A stretch of 64,000 bases of DNA from Squalus acanthias (taxonomy: Eukaryota). The notes beneath the pieces were generated by a model, which was not told the DNA's origin, did not search any database, and saw only the letters and a list, made by a program, of their open reading frames with translations. Location: positions 84,198,001 through 84,262,000 of the forward strand of contig CM059432.1 of the NCBI GenBank assembly GCA_030390025.1, given 5' to 3'. A program made the translations under genes and the position numbers. Below are positions 38,810 to 51,408 of the stretch, one piece after another. The first letter of the stretch is position 1. Each line of letters starts with the position of its first letter.

Positions 38810-41712
38810 GGCACGGATTTTGCGGTCAGCGGCGAACGAATGGTGCTAGCAATTTATTACACTTATACTTGCCCACTTTCTATGGGCTTTTGCACTCTAA
38901 GTTGCAGTTATTAGAAATCAAAAACAGCACGGCACCCTCTGCAGGGGATCTGGGACCTGTGTGAACAGGGAAAGCAACTGTGCATCTCCTTAACCAATCG
39001 GATTAAAGAATCCTTACTGAGGCACACAGAGTCTAAACCAGGAAGTGTAAGTTCAATGCCAAAAGAAAAAGAAATAAAATGAAAGAAAGAATAATGGGAT
39101 TAAGAGAAAGAGACAGAAAGAAAAAGTAAAACAATAATTTCATTTTATTAATTTTTAAAAATCTCCAACAATAATTAAAATGTGAACGAATGAGGCCTAG
39201 AAATTCGTGTTCGTCATGAAAGTTGTTGGTGTCACCAGCAACTAGAGTTAACGGCCGCTGAAAATGGCCACAACGCTAAGGAGAATAAGTTCATCTGCGG
39301 GGGGCTGGAGATTGGTGGCGCAGCGCTAACCTTCTGTGCAACGCCCTCCTGCATTAGTGGAGACCTCCGAGGCGAAATTCCCAGCCTGAAGTGACGTTCG
39401 AGCTTTGCACAGCCTCTGGGAGCGAGGCTGTGGAGCTCGCAAGGAATTGTGGGCAATTAAAAGGGCTATGAATTAAAGGGGCAATGCACTCAGAACTAAT
39501 ACAAATTAAAATGCAGTGAAAAAATGCAGTTTTCAGCCCTAACCGACATTCAAAAAAATTGTAACCTTAAAAAGAAGTCCCAAATGTGATTATTCAGCTC
39601 TTAATGCTGAATTCTGTCCTAAACTCAAAAAATGGGAAAACTGCTTCAGCACTAACACAAATGGCTCAGCAAGCCAGGGAAGGGGCACCCATGGTCTCGC
39701 ACGCAGCACTCCAGCTTTGTGCAGGGGGTCAACACTGCAAGACAGGTCTTCTACCCACAGGGCCAGGAGGCCTTCCAGAAAGAAGGATGTGGGACCACAT
39801 CACCGAGGTCATTACTGCCAGCAGTGCCCAAAGAAGCTTCGTGACTTCAGACCACTGGTCAAGGTCAGTGAATGCATGTTCAAAAACCATCTTCTACCAA
39901 CTGCACCACTAGCCTCACACATTGCGCTTGCACAACCCCCACCCCCAATCACTCACCTACCAACAATCTGCACCAATCACAAGGCACAACTCCTATTCCT
40001 AACCTCACCTCACCCTCTTGGAGGAGACGGTGCTAGCCATTCTTGGCAGGGGCATGGCTGACCCCTTGGCCAGCGGCGGGGCTGAAAGAATATAAGATGT
40101 TGGTATCCTCATATGTTATCCTCCTTCTCGCATGCACCTTTTGCTTTCCCACCCTCCCCTCATTCCACTCCACCCTTGTACCTTCCTCATTTCACACACC
40201 AACAAAATGCAGCCTGCCCAGCCAGTAGTTGACAAAGAAGAGGGAGAGGAGAGTGAAGAAGAAGAAGAAACAACATTACTTGATTTGACATGACCAGCCA
40301 CCAGCTCCTCAAGGTCAACCAGCAAGGCCATTTGCAGGGTTCCCCACTGAAAGTCAGCAGCCTCCCACCAGCCATGCTGCAGCCACTGGGATAGCACTGC
40401 GTGACATCAGTCAGATAGGCAAAAGCACACACAAGACAGTCACTAAGAGAATGTATAAGGGTGATGAATTGATTACTTGATGTCATGTTGGATGGATAGA
40501 TGTATAAAGTTGGATTGGAAGGTTTGCTTTGTGGTGGCTTTTATTTCAGCATTGTGGTGAAGAGGATGCTGTGATAGTCAGTAACAGAGGGAAAATAAGG
40601 TGTGGGACAAATGTTGAAAAGGGAATTGGGGTTGAGGTCACTGGTACCGCAGGTGGATGATTCTATCCCAGATATCCTGGCCAGAAAGGGGCTGTCTGGG
40701 TTGCATCCTTCCTTCTGCTTCCTCCTCTTTAGCTTCCTCCTCTTCTGTGTCTTCCTCTTCCCTCTGTGAGCGAATGCTGTAAATCTGAAATGATAGCATA
40801 AAATGTTGGAAATAAAGGTGAGGCAGCATCTCGACCTGAGAGGTGAACCCTGTTTTTCTCTCCACTGATGTTGCCTCACCCGCTGAGTATTTGCAGCATT
40901 TTCTGTCTTCTCAGAGGCCTTCCTTTAACATCCAAGGCCTTGCAAGCGTCCAGCAGCACTCCCTACACACTTAAAAAACTTTTAACATCTATTGCAGCAA
41001 TCCACTATTTCAATAAAATCAAAAAAACTCAGTCCAAAATCTTAATTCCAAACTTACCTTAATGATGTGTGTGTCCCTTTAGGAGGTGCTGACATCGCCA
41101 CTGCCAGCCTGCTTGCTGCCAGATTTACCTGGCATGCTTAGGACCTAGCACTGAATTCAGCACTAGCAGCGAACTTCGGAGTGGTGAGGTTAAGTCGGTG
41201 TTGCACTCCAATTGATGTCACCACGCTGCCATTTTTTTCCAGGACACTGCCAGTTACCGGCAGCACAAAGGGAAGGAGGAAAATGGCCATTTTTCGCCAT
41301 TTCATGGCGCTAGGGAGTGGCGGTAAGTAGATGAATTTCTAGCCCTGAGACTCCACACTTGTAAAAGTTAATTTTCAGTGCCAAAGAGGTTGTTTGGCAG
41401 TAATTAAGACTTATACACCGTTAAAAATTCTCTTACACTTGAATTGATAAGCCCTAACTTTTTCTGGTGTGTTTAGTGGGTATCTATTACGAAAGTACCC
41501 CAACTTCACGCCATTGCAGGTGTTCTAATGCTGAGTCTCTTGGCGAGATACCGGTATAGCAAAGCATTGAGAGGAGCAGGGAAGCTCAGACAGCAACTTT
41601 CTGATTTCCACATTTAACTATGCATGAGCGGATGGCGGAAGTTGCTGTCCAATTTACTCCTTAATAACAGTGTGCGTTGATAGCCTCACCATTATTTCTT
41701 AACATTTCCCCA
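38810..41712. mobile_element. Older MITE-like repeat hosting the 39194-41345 insertion
   Basis: Starts GGCACGGATTTT; right end degenerate, so the extent is uncertain. Confidence 0.45.
39194..41345 (+). mobile_element. Complete non-autonomous Harbinger derivative (2152 bp) with remnants of both genes
   Basis: TIRs GGCCTAGAAATTC and (rc) GGGCTAGAAATTC; TSD TGA; Myb exon remnants at 39660-40400. Confidence 0.9.
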
Positions 41713-41869
41713 CAAATCACTTAAAATAATTTCTGACATTTTTTCACTACCATTTTTTCCTCAGTAACTAAAATTTCCAATGTACAAAATAATGGTTTAA
41801 ATATAATAAAAATAAATATAAATCATATTTCACAATAACATGATAATTTTTTCCACTGAATTTTCTGCA

Positions 41870-42590
41870 TTTCTGCAGCTACTGATTTGCTAAATCATAC
41901 TCTCTCCACCACCTTTGATGCCCTTGTCCCCACTAAAATCATTACACTCTCTCACCCTAGTTGTTCCACCTGGTATACCCCTCATCTTCGCTCCCTGAAG
42001 TCCAAGGGACGCAGACTTGAACGTCTTTTGCAGACAACTGGTCTAATCATCCATCACCAGCACTACCGGACCTGCTCTCCATCACTAAAATCGCTCACTA
42101 TTCTAAGATCATCCAGGACAGCAAAAATAACATCGGGCTTCTCTTCTCCACCACTATCTTCTCAAACCACCCTCACCTGCTTCCTCCTCCCTCACCTCCA
42201 ACAATAAATGTGAGGAGTTCATGGACTTCTTTATTAAAAAGATCAACAACATCCGTTCAACTGCTTCTGCATTCAATTCCCTCTTTCCCTAGCCCACCAG
42301 AACTTACTTCCTCTCCGTTGTCTCCCTACCCTAACCCTAAATTTGCATATTTCTCTAATTTCTCTCCTAACTCCCCTCTTGCCCTTTCAAAGTGCATCTT
42401 GTCATTGAGACAGACCTCCTTGAACCTGTTCCCACTAAATTGCTGACCACCCAACTTCCCTTCCTGGCTCCCATGTCAGTGGATAGTGTTAATGGTTCTC
42501 TCTCCTCAGGTATTGTCCCCTTTTCCTTCAAATCTGCCATCATCACCCCTCTCCTCAAAAAACCAACATTTGACCCCTCCGTCCTTAACC
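41870..42590 (+). mobile_element. L2-like LINE ORF2 fragment
   Basis: WYTPHLRSLK; VNGSLSSGIVPFSFKSAIITPLLKKP. Confidence 0.8.
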
Positions 42591-42591
42591 A

Positions 42592-44096
42592 CACCTGGGA
42601 AACCCAGCATGCAAACAGACTGACAGAGGCGCTGTTAGCACCTCTTAAAAGGACACACACATCTTTCAGGTAAGTTTGCATTTAAGCTTTTGGACTGGGA
42701 TTTTTGATTTTATTGAAGTAGTGGCTAAAAGTTTTTTAAGTGTGCAGGGAGTGCTGCTGGACATTTGCAAGGCCTTGGATGGTAAAGGAAGGCCTCTGAG
42801 AAAACAGACAATGCTGCATATACTCAATAAGTCAGGCAACATCTGTGGAGAGAGAAACAGAGTTCACATCTCAGGTCGAGATGCTGCCTGACCTGCTGAG
42901 TATTTCCAGTATTTCATGCTGTCATTTCAGATTTACAGCATCCGCCCGCAGACGGAAGAGGAAGACACAGAAGAGAAAGAAACAGAAGAGGAGGAAGCTG
43001 AAGAGGAGGAAGCAAAAGGAAGGATGCATCCCTGACAGCCCCTTTGTGGCCGGGATATCCGGGATGGAATCATCCACCTGAGTTCCCAGTGACCACAATC
43101 CCAATTCCCCTTTCAACATTTGTTCCACACCTTACCTTCCCTGTTACTGACCATCACAGCATCCTCTTGGCCACAATGCTGAAATAAAAGCCACCACAAA
43201 GCAAACATTCTCATCCAACTTTATACATATATCCATCCAATATGACATCAAGAAATCAACTCATCACCCTTATGCATTCTCTTAGTGACTGTCTTGTATG
43301 TGCCTTTGCCTATCCGACTGATGTCACACAGTGCCATCCCAGTGGCTGCAACAGGGCTGGTGGAAGGCTGCTGACTTTCAGTGGGGGACACTTCAAATGG
43401 TCTTGCTGGTCAACCTTGAGGAGCTGGTGGTTGGGAGTGTCAATTCAATTGTCTTCTTCTTCACTCTCCTCTCCCTCTTCTTGGTCAACCACTGGCTGGG
43501 CAGGCTGCATTTCATTGGTGTGTGAAATGAGGAAGGCACCAGGGTGGAGTTGTGGTGAGGGGAGGGCAGGAAAGCAAGAGGTGCATGCAAGAAGGAGGAT
43601 TACGTATGAGGATACCAGCATCTTGCATCCTTTCAGCCCCGCCGCTGGCCAGGGGCTCAGCCATACCCCTGCCAAGAATAGCCTGCACTGTCCAAGGGGG
43701 TGAGGTGAGGCTAGGAATGGGAGATGTGCCTTGTGATTGGTACAGATTGTTGGTAGGTGAGTGATTGTGGGGAAGGGTGGTGGGGAGGTCGTGCATTAAG
43801 AAGTGTATGAGGCTCGTGATGCAGTTGGTAGGAGATGGCTTTCGAAGATGTATTCACTGACATTGACCAGTGGTCTGAGGTCATGAAGCTTCTTTGGGCA
43901 CAGGTGGTGGGGGCGACATTGCTGGCAGTGACGGCCTCGGTGATGTGGTCCCACATCCTACTTTCTGGAGGGCCTCCTGGCCCCTGTGGGTAGAGAACCT
44001 GTCTTGCAGTATTGATCCCCTGCACAAAGCTGGAGTGCTGCATGCTAGACCCTGGCTGCCCCTTCCCTGGCTTGCTGAGCCACTTCTGTTAGTGCT
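42592..44096 (-). mobile_element. Right part of the Harbinger derivative that starts at 12353
   Basis: Reverse complement is collinear with ~39648-41140 and starts AGCACTAAC immediately after the 3' LTR. Confidence 0.9.
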
Positions 44097-44221
44097 TGTA
44101 ATATATGTGGGTAGAACAAATGAAGGACAGAGACACGATGAGTTGCTAGTCCATGTGCTTGCTTTATTAGGCCAGAGCGAACTGAGCATACTCATACCAA
44201 ACCATGTGATAATACATTACA
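44097..44221 (-). repeat. 3' LTR (125 bp) of Gypsy-1
   Basis: Inverted copy of 12816-12940; preceded on the minus strand by the polypurine tract AAGGGGGAAAGCAG (44222-44235). Confidence 0.93.
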
Positions 44222-44530
44222 CTGCTTTCCCCCTTAAAAAAAAATGTATTCCCCTCTCAAATACAACAAAACTATTGACCCACCTTTCCCAGCATTACAT
44301 GTACCACATAACAAAAACTCCTGGCTTTTTTTCTTTTAAATGAACTACAAATCCAGTTTTCTGACACGTTTGCAGAGCCTTCCTGATCTCCTTACAGAAG
44401 GTTTTGGTGTTGAACCAATTTTTGGGCTGTTTTGTTTTGGTTCCAAACTCAAAGATGATCCTATTTCTATCTCAGGCTTGTTTGAACCTGGTACTTCAGT
44501 TACTGAAGTCTGAACTGAGTCAAACACATG
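44222..44530 (-). pseudogene. pol: Gypsy-1 pol C-terminal tail and 3'UTR/PPT
   Basis: Reads ...PKPSVRRSGRLCKRVRKLDL* (stop at 44345), typical of Gypsy post-integrase tails. Confidence 0.75.
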
Positions 44531-47500
44531 TATGGAGTGCACATCCTGTGCCATGTGGACAGTCCTGGATGCTTCGCGTAGCCTGAACGACCACGTGTGC
44601 AGGAAGTGTCACCAGCTACAGCAACTCGAGCTCCAGGTTTCGGAGCTTGAGCGGTGGCTGGAGACACTGCGGTGCATCCGTGAGGCTGACAGTTACGTGG
44701 ATAGCATGTTTCAAGAGGTGGTCACCCTGCAGCTTAAGAGTATGCAGGCAGAGAGGGAATAGGTGACCACCAGACAGAAGAGGACGACCAGGCAGGGTAG
44801 TGCAGGAGTCCCTGGAGTGCATCGCGCTCTCCAACCAGTATTCTGTTCTGAGTACTGGTGAGGGCGATGGTTCCTCTGGGGAGTGCAGCCAGAGTCAAGT
44901 CCACGGCACCACAGGTGGCTCAGCTGCACAGGGGGGGAGGAAAAAGAGTGGAAGAGCAATAGTGGTAGGGGATTCGCTAGTTAGGGGAGCAGACAGGCGT
45001 TTCTGCGGCCGTAGACGTGACTCCAGGATGGTATGTTGCCTCCTTGGTGCCAGGGTCAAGGATGTCACTGAGCGGCTGCAGGACACTGAGGGGGGAGGGT
45101 GAACAGCCAGAGGTCATTGTCCATATCGGTACCAACAACATAGGCAGAAAGAGGGATGAGGTCCTGCAGGCAGAGTTTAGGGAGCTAGGAGAGAGATTAA
45201 AAAGCAGGACCTCAAAGGGAGTAATCTCCGGATTACACCTGGTGCCACGTGCTAGTGAGTACAGGAATAGGAGGATAGATCAGATGAATGCGTGGCTAGA
45301 GAGATGGTGCAGGAGGGAGGGCTTTCGATTCCTGAGGCATTGGGGCCATTTCTGGGGAAGGTGGGACCTGTACAAGCCGGACGGGTTACACCTCAACAGA
45401 GCCGGGACCAATATTCTCGCAGGGAGGTTTGTTAGTGCTGTTGGGGAAGGTTTAAACTAGCTTGGCAGTGGGATGGGCACCAGCATATAGGAGTAGAAAA
45501 GAGGAATAAGGTGCATAAAAGAGTGAGGGGTAGAAATTAGGTCGCGCCCCATTTGGGGCGCAAATATCGTCTGGACGCAAATATTAGCGCCTGGCGCTAA
45601 TTATCGGCACTGACTGGAAACTTCACTTTTACCGCCCCGGGAGGTGAGTGGAGCGCTAAAGCAGGCGCTGCACACCTGTCTTAAGGCGCAAAGGCCAAGG
45701 AGTGAGGCGCTACCTCAGAGCGCTGGCGAAGCTCATGTAATGTCAGTCAGCAATGGAACACACACACAATGGCACGGGCCAGTTCTTAAAGGGGATGGTT
45801 AATCTTGCTTTCCATCCACATCCTGTTCATTGCAGCCTTGAATCTCGGCCTGGAGAGACTTGCACATCAAATGTGCTGGAAAGAACAATGGAGAGTACCA
45901 GGCAAAGAGCTCAGAGTGCAGCTCCCACAGTCTCTGCTAAATCGATACAAGGAATGGCAAATCAAAATGAACCTGCAAAGTGCTGCTCAGTACCCAAAAC
46001 TCCTTCCCACAACGTTGAATCTCTCCAGAAGTCTCTCCCTCTCTCTCTCAGAATGCGTAGTTCAAAAATGCCACCAACAATAAAAGACAGGAAGAGGCCC
46101 CCTTTAAATAGCGCCCCCCCCCAGCCCCACAGCGATTGATAGCGTTCCAGTCTTCTGGTCGTTGGAAGCGCCAGGCGGTAAGGCAGGGGGCGCCACTCAA
46201 TTTCCGCTCCAGGGCGCCACAAGGGCGTTGCACCATGGAATGACGTCACAATCTGCGCGCGCAGGTGGTCGCAGCGGTAAGTTTTAGCGCCGCCGCACAA
46301 TCTCAAGTTAAGTTCCGGAGCGGCGCAAACATCGCTGCGCCCGGGCGTTAGCAGCTTTGCACCCCATTAGCACCCTCTTAAGGCGCTAACGGGAGGCGCA
46401 ACCAACTGAATTTTTACCCCTGAGTGTGTTGGATAGTACTAGAAAAGATAGTACTAGAGGCAGAAGTAGTACCATATTAGATAGGAGCAGACTAAGAAAG
46501 ACTACGAAAAATGCAAAAATGGGTTTAGAATGCATGTACGTAAACACACAAAGTTTGGTGAATAAGGTTGGTGAGCTACAAGCACAATTAGCTGTGTGGC
46601 AATATGATGTTGTGGCAATAACGGAAATGTGGCTTAAAAATGGTGAGGACTGGGCACTTAATATTCAAGGGTACAAGGTGTTCAGAAAAGATAGGGAAGG
46701 AAAAAAGGGAGGTGGGGTGGCAGTGCTGATTAAGGAAGACATTGTAATGTTGGAAAGGGAGGATGTTCTTGAGGGGACAAGGACAGAATCCATTTGGTTA
46801 GAGTTGAGGAGCAAAAAGGGTATGATCACGCTATTGGGGTATTCTATAGGCCTCCAAATAGTGAGAGGGAGGTAGAGGAGCAAATCTGCAGGGAAATCAC
46901 AGAGGTATGCAAGAGCTACAGAGTGGTGATATTGGGGGACTTTAATTACCCAAATATCAATTGGGATAATGCTAGGGTAAAGGGAAAGGAGGGGGAGGAA
47001 TTTCTGAAATGTGTTCAGGAGAATTTCCTTGACCAATATGTTCTTGGCCCAACTAATAAGGAGACATTGCTGGATCTGGTGCTGGGGAATGAGGTGGGCC
47101 AGGTCGACCAAGTGTCTGTGGGAGAAGACTTGGGTACGAGTGATCATCGTATCATAAGATTTAGATTAGCAATGGAGAGGAGCAAGGAACATTCTAGAGT
47201 GGAACTTCTAAACTGAAATAGGGCTAACTTCAATGGGATGCGAAAGGATCTAGCCAGGGTAAAATGGAACCAAAAACTGATAGGACAAACTAACGGAACA
47301 ATGGGTGATCTTTAAGGAGGAGATGTTCCAAGTATAGGCTAGGTACATTCCAACAAGAGGGAAGGGTAAGGGAAACAAAGCAAGGGCTCCCTGGATGACG
47401 AGGGAGATAGAGAAGATGATGAAACAAAAAAAGAGGGTGTATGATGCATGTCAGGTGAATTCTTCAAGGGAGAACAAGACCAAATACAATAAGTTGAGAG

Positions 47501-48208
47501 GGGATGTGAAGATGAAAATAAGATTGGCAAAGAGAGAATATGAGAGTAGAATGGCGTTAACATAAAAGGGAACCCAAAAATCTTCTACCAGCATGTAAAC
47601 AGTAAGCGGGTAGTAAGAGGCGGGGTGGGGCCGATTAGAGACAAAGAAGGTGATATATGATTAGAGGCGCAGGGCAAGGCTAGAATACTCCATGAGTACT
47701 TTGTATCGGTGTTTACTAAGGAGGTGGATGCTGACAAAATATCGGTAGAAGTGGAAAAGGTAGAGGCAATGGAAGGGTGAAAATTGATAGACAGGATGGA
47801 CTAGAAAGACTGGGTATGCTTAGAGTGGACAAGTCACCTGGTCCAGATGGCTTGCATCCCAGGTTGCTAAGGGAATTGGGGGAGGAGATAGTGGAAGGGC
47901 TTGCCATAATTTTCCAATCTTCCCTAGATGCGGTGGAGGTGCCTGAGGATTGGAAAGTGGCAAATGTGACACCATTGTTTAAGAAAAGGTGTAAGGGCAA
48001 TCCCAGTAACTACAGGCCGGTCAGTTTAGCATCAGTGGTGGGTAAAGTTTTAGAAACAATAATCAAGGAAAATATTAAGGGGCACTTGGAGAGGTTTAAG
48101 CTAATTAAGGAGAGCCAACAAGGATTTGTAAAAGGCAGATCGTGTTTGACTAATCTGATTGAATTTTTTGATGAAGTAACAGAGGATTGATGAAGGGAAT
48201 GCAATGGA
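44530..48208 (+). mobile_element. CR1-A 5' part: ORF1 (Zn finger, leucine zipper, SGNH esterase; 44532-45460) and ORF2 APE/RT start (from ~46511)
   Basis: CTSC..CRKC; VVGDSLVRG; HIGTNN; DGLHLN; VAITE, GGGVA, YRPP, GDFN, SDH; KSPGPDG; NYRPVSL. Confidence 0.93.
45527..46420. mobile_element. GC-rich Harbinger MITE (894 bp) in the CR1 inter-ORF region
   Basis: GGGGTAGAAATT and AATTTTTACCCC; TSD TGA. Confidence 0.92.
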
Positions 48209-49718
48209 TTAAATAAATACTTTGATTCTGTCTTCATGGAAGAGGACACAAATAACTTCCCAGAAATGCTAGGGAACCAAGGGTCTAGTGAGAAGGAAGA
48301 ATTAAAGGAAATTAGTATTAGTAAAAAAATAGTGCTGGAGAAATTAACGGGACTGAAAGCCGATAAATCCCCAGGGCCTGATAATCTGCATCCCAGAGTA
48401 CTAAAAGAGGTAGCCATGGAAATAGTGGATGTATTGGTTGTCATCTTCCAAAATTCTATAGATTATGGAACAGTTCCTGCAGATTGGAGGGTAACAAATG
48501 TAACCCCACTATTTAAAAAAGGAGGGAGGGAGAAAACAGGGAACAACAGCAGTAGGGAAAATGCTAGAGTCTATTATAAAGGATGTGATAACAGGACACT
48601 TAGAAAATATCAATGGGATTAGACAAAGTCAACATGGATTTATGAAAGGGAAATCGTGTTTGACAAACCTACTGGAGTTTTTTGAGGATGTAACTGGTAG
48701 AATAGATAAGGGAGAACCAGTGGATGTGATGTATTTGGATTTTCAGAAGGCCTTTGATAAAGTCCCACATGAGAGGTTAGTGTGCAAAATTAAAGCACAT
48801 GGGATTGGGGGTAAAATACTGGCATGGATTGAAAATTGGTTAACAGACAGGAAACAGAGAGTAGGAATAAATGGGACTTTTTCGGGGTGGCAGGTGGTGA
48901 CTAGTGGGGTACTGCAGGGATCAGTGCTTAGGCCCCAGCTATTCACAATATATATGAATGATTTGGATGAGGGAACCAAATGTAATATTTCCAAGTTTGC
49001 TGATGACATGAAACTAGGTGGGATTGTGAGTTGTGAGGAGGATGCAAAGAGGCTTCAAGGCAATTTAGACAAGTTGAGTGAGTGGGCAAATACATGGCAG
49101 ATGCAGTACAATGTGGATAAATGTGAAGTTATCCACTTCGGTAGGAAAAACAAAAAGGCAGAGTATTATTTAAATTGTGATAGATTGGGAAATGTTGATA
49201 TACAGAGGGACCTGGGTGTCCTTGTACACCAGTCACTGAAAGCAAACATGCAGGTGCAGCAAGCAGTTAGGAAGGCAAATTGTATGTTGGCCTTCATTGC
49301 AAGAGGATTTGAGTACAGAAGCAAGGATGTCTTACTACAGTTATACAGGGCCTCGGTGAGACCACACCTGGAGTACTGTATTCAGTTTTGGTCTCCTTAC
49401 CGAAGAAAGGATATACTTGCCATAGAGGGAGTGCAGCGAAGGTTCACCAGACTGACTCCTGGGATGGCAGGACTGTTGTATGAGGAGAGATTGGGTCGAC
49501 TAGACCTGTATTCACTAGAGTTTAGAAGAATGAGAGGGGATCTCATTGAAACGTATAGAATTCTGACAGGGCTAGACAGACTGGATGCAGGGAGGATGTT
49601 TCCCCTGGCTGGGGGGTTTAGAACGAGGGGTCACAGTCTCAGGATACGGGGTAGGACATTTAGGACTGAGATGAGGAGAAATTTCTTCACTCAGGGTGGT
49701 TAACCTGTGGAATTCTCT
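48209..49718 (+). mobile_element. CR1-B', inverted near-identical relative of ~16265-17798
   Basis: 380-aa RT ORF 48561..49703, very similar to 16152..17270; 3' end truncated at the Gypsy-2 junction. Confidence 0.93.
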
Positions 49719-51320
49719 AGTCGACAATCACGCAACTTGTCGCGATATAGTGATTTCGGTACTATGCTCACGGATGCACCAGTGTCGATTTCCATGGGTA
49801 TCCTGGTTCCTGCTACATCTACTTGGATGATGATACTTCGCAAATTGCTGGTAGATACCTTGGTGCTCCTGATGACGTGAATCTCCAGAAACTCCTCGTC
49901 CTGCTGCTTCTCTTCAATGGTTTGTAGTGTCTGGCGATTTCTACTTCTAGCATTGCCAGTTGGTTTACTCTTACATAAGAACACAAGAACATAAGAAATA
50001 GGAGCAGGAGTAGGCCATTCGGCCCTTCGAGCCAGCTCTGCCATTTAATGAGATCATGGCTGATCTTCTGCCTCAACTCCATTCACCGGCCCTATCGCCA
50101 TATCCCTTGATGCCCTTACTAGTCAGAAATCTATTGACTTCTGTTTTGAATATACCCAATGACTGAGCCTCCACAGCCCTCTGGGGTAGAGAATTCCAAA
50201 GATTCACCACCCTCTGTATGAAGAAATTTCTTCTCATCTCAGTCCTGAATGGCCTACCCTTTATCCTGAGGCTGTGGCCCCTGGTTCTAGACGCCCCAGC
50301 CAAGGGAAACATTCTCCCAGTATCCACCCTATCAAGCCCTGTAATAATTTTGTATGCTTCAATGAGATCCCCTCTCATTCTTCTGAATTCAAGAGAATAC
50401 AGGCCTAGTTTACTCAATCTCTTCTGTCGGCACGCCTTTGCAAGATACCCAGTTTTCTTGCAGTAGAAACACACTGCCTTCACATATGGATAGCTTTGAG
50501 CGATGTGTTGTCGCAGGCACCGATAGCACGACTTCAATGCACTGTTACCTTGGCCAGTTGCTGAGGCCTTGGGGCCCAATGGGCTTTTACTTTTAGCCTG
50601 CAGCCGATTCACCTCGGTTGTCTGACGACTGGAAATGGTGCAAAACTCTCGGGAGTATCGGTCAGCCATATCCATCGACATAGCTGTCTGACAAGCTAAA
50701 TCAAAAGTCAAGTTAGGTGTTGTCAACAATTTACTTCTGATACGTTCATTTTTCAACCCACAAACAAAGCGGTCACGCAAAGTTCGGTCCTGAAAGTTTC
50801 TGAAATGACAGTGAATGGATAGCTTTTTTAAAGCTATTATGTACTCACTGATACCCTCGTCATTTAATTGATCACGTGTTCCAAAATGATAACTTTCAGC
50901 AATTTCCAGGGGCTCAGGACTGTACTGCTGTTCTAACTTGGTTAGGATCTCCTTCAGTGGTATGGCCTTCGGCTTGGCAGGTACAAGCAAATTTTTCAGG
51001 GTTTCATACACCTCGGGGCCTGCTTCAGTCAAAAAAATAGCCCGTTTCATTTTTAAAACCGCCCGGTTATGGTTTACATCATCGGGGACTTCGACAATAC
51101 TATTCGCAGTGAAAAACATTTTTAGCCGCTCCACATATGCTCCGAAAGTCTCTCGGTCGCGATGGAACTCACCCAAGCGCCCTATTATTCCTATAGGCGC
51201 AGCCATCTGGAATCTGGCAACGTCGACAGTTCAGCCACGTGTGCTCGAAATTCACCTCGGATTTTTAAGTTTTTCTGCAACACTAAGAACCTCTAACAGT
51301 CCCTCCGTTGGTTGGTAGGA
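49719..51320 (-). mobile_element. gag: Gypsy-2 (Mag-like) fragment: gag (51206-50419) and protease; no LTR seen
   Basis: MAAPIGIIG..LRDRFVCGL..degenerate Zn knuckles; protease MEIDTGASVSI. Confidence 0.9.
49973..50418 (-). mobile_element. Short CR1 3' insertion in Gypsy-2 gag
   Basis: TSD CTCTT at 49968-49972 and 50419-50423; CR1 C-terminus and tail. Confidence 0.9.
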
Positions 51321-51321
51321 T

Positions 51322-51408
51322 CATGTGCTCAAGTCTCTGCAGTGTGACTGAACTCATGATCTACTGACTCAGAGGCAAGAGTGCTACCACTGAACCAAGA
51401 CTGACACC
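51322..51408 (-). mobile_element. tRNA-derived SINE head
   Basis: rc gtgtcagtcttggttcagtggtagcactcttgcctctgagtcag..gagttcagtc contains A-box and B-box-like motifs. Confidence 0.6.

Noticed and set aside
39648..44096. 1.5-kb inverted repeat as the inversion substrate or a functional hairpin
   Set aside because: These are two copies of one Harbinger derivative. The 39194-41345 copy keeps matching TSDs and both lie inside the inverted block.
12816..44221. A single 31-kb element with 125-bp terminal inverted repeats (Polinton- or DIRS-like)
   Set aside because: The repeats have an adjacent PBS and PPT, and no PolB or tyrosine recombinase is present; an inverted Gypsy LTR pair explains them better.
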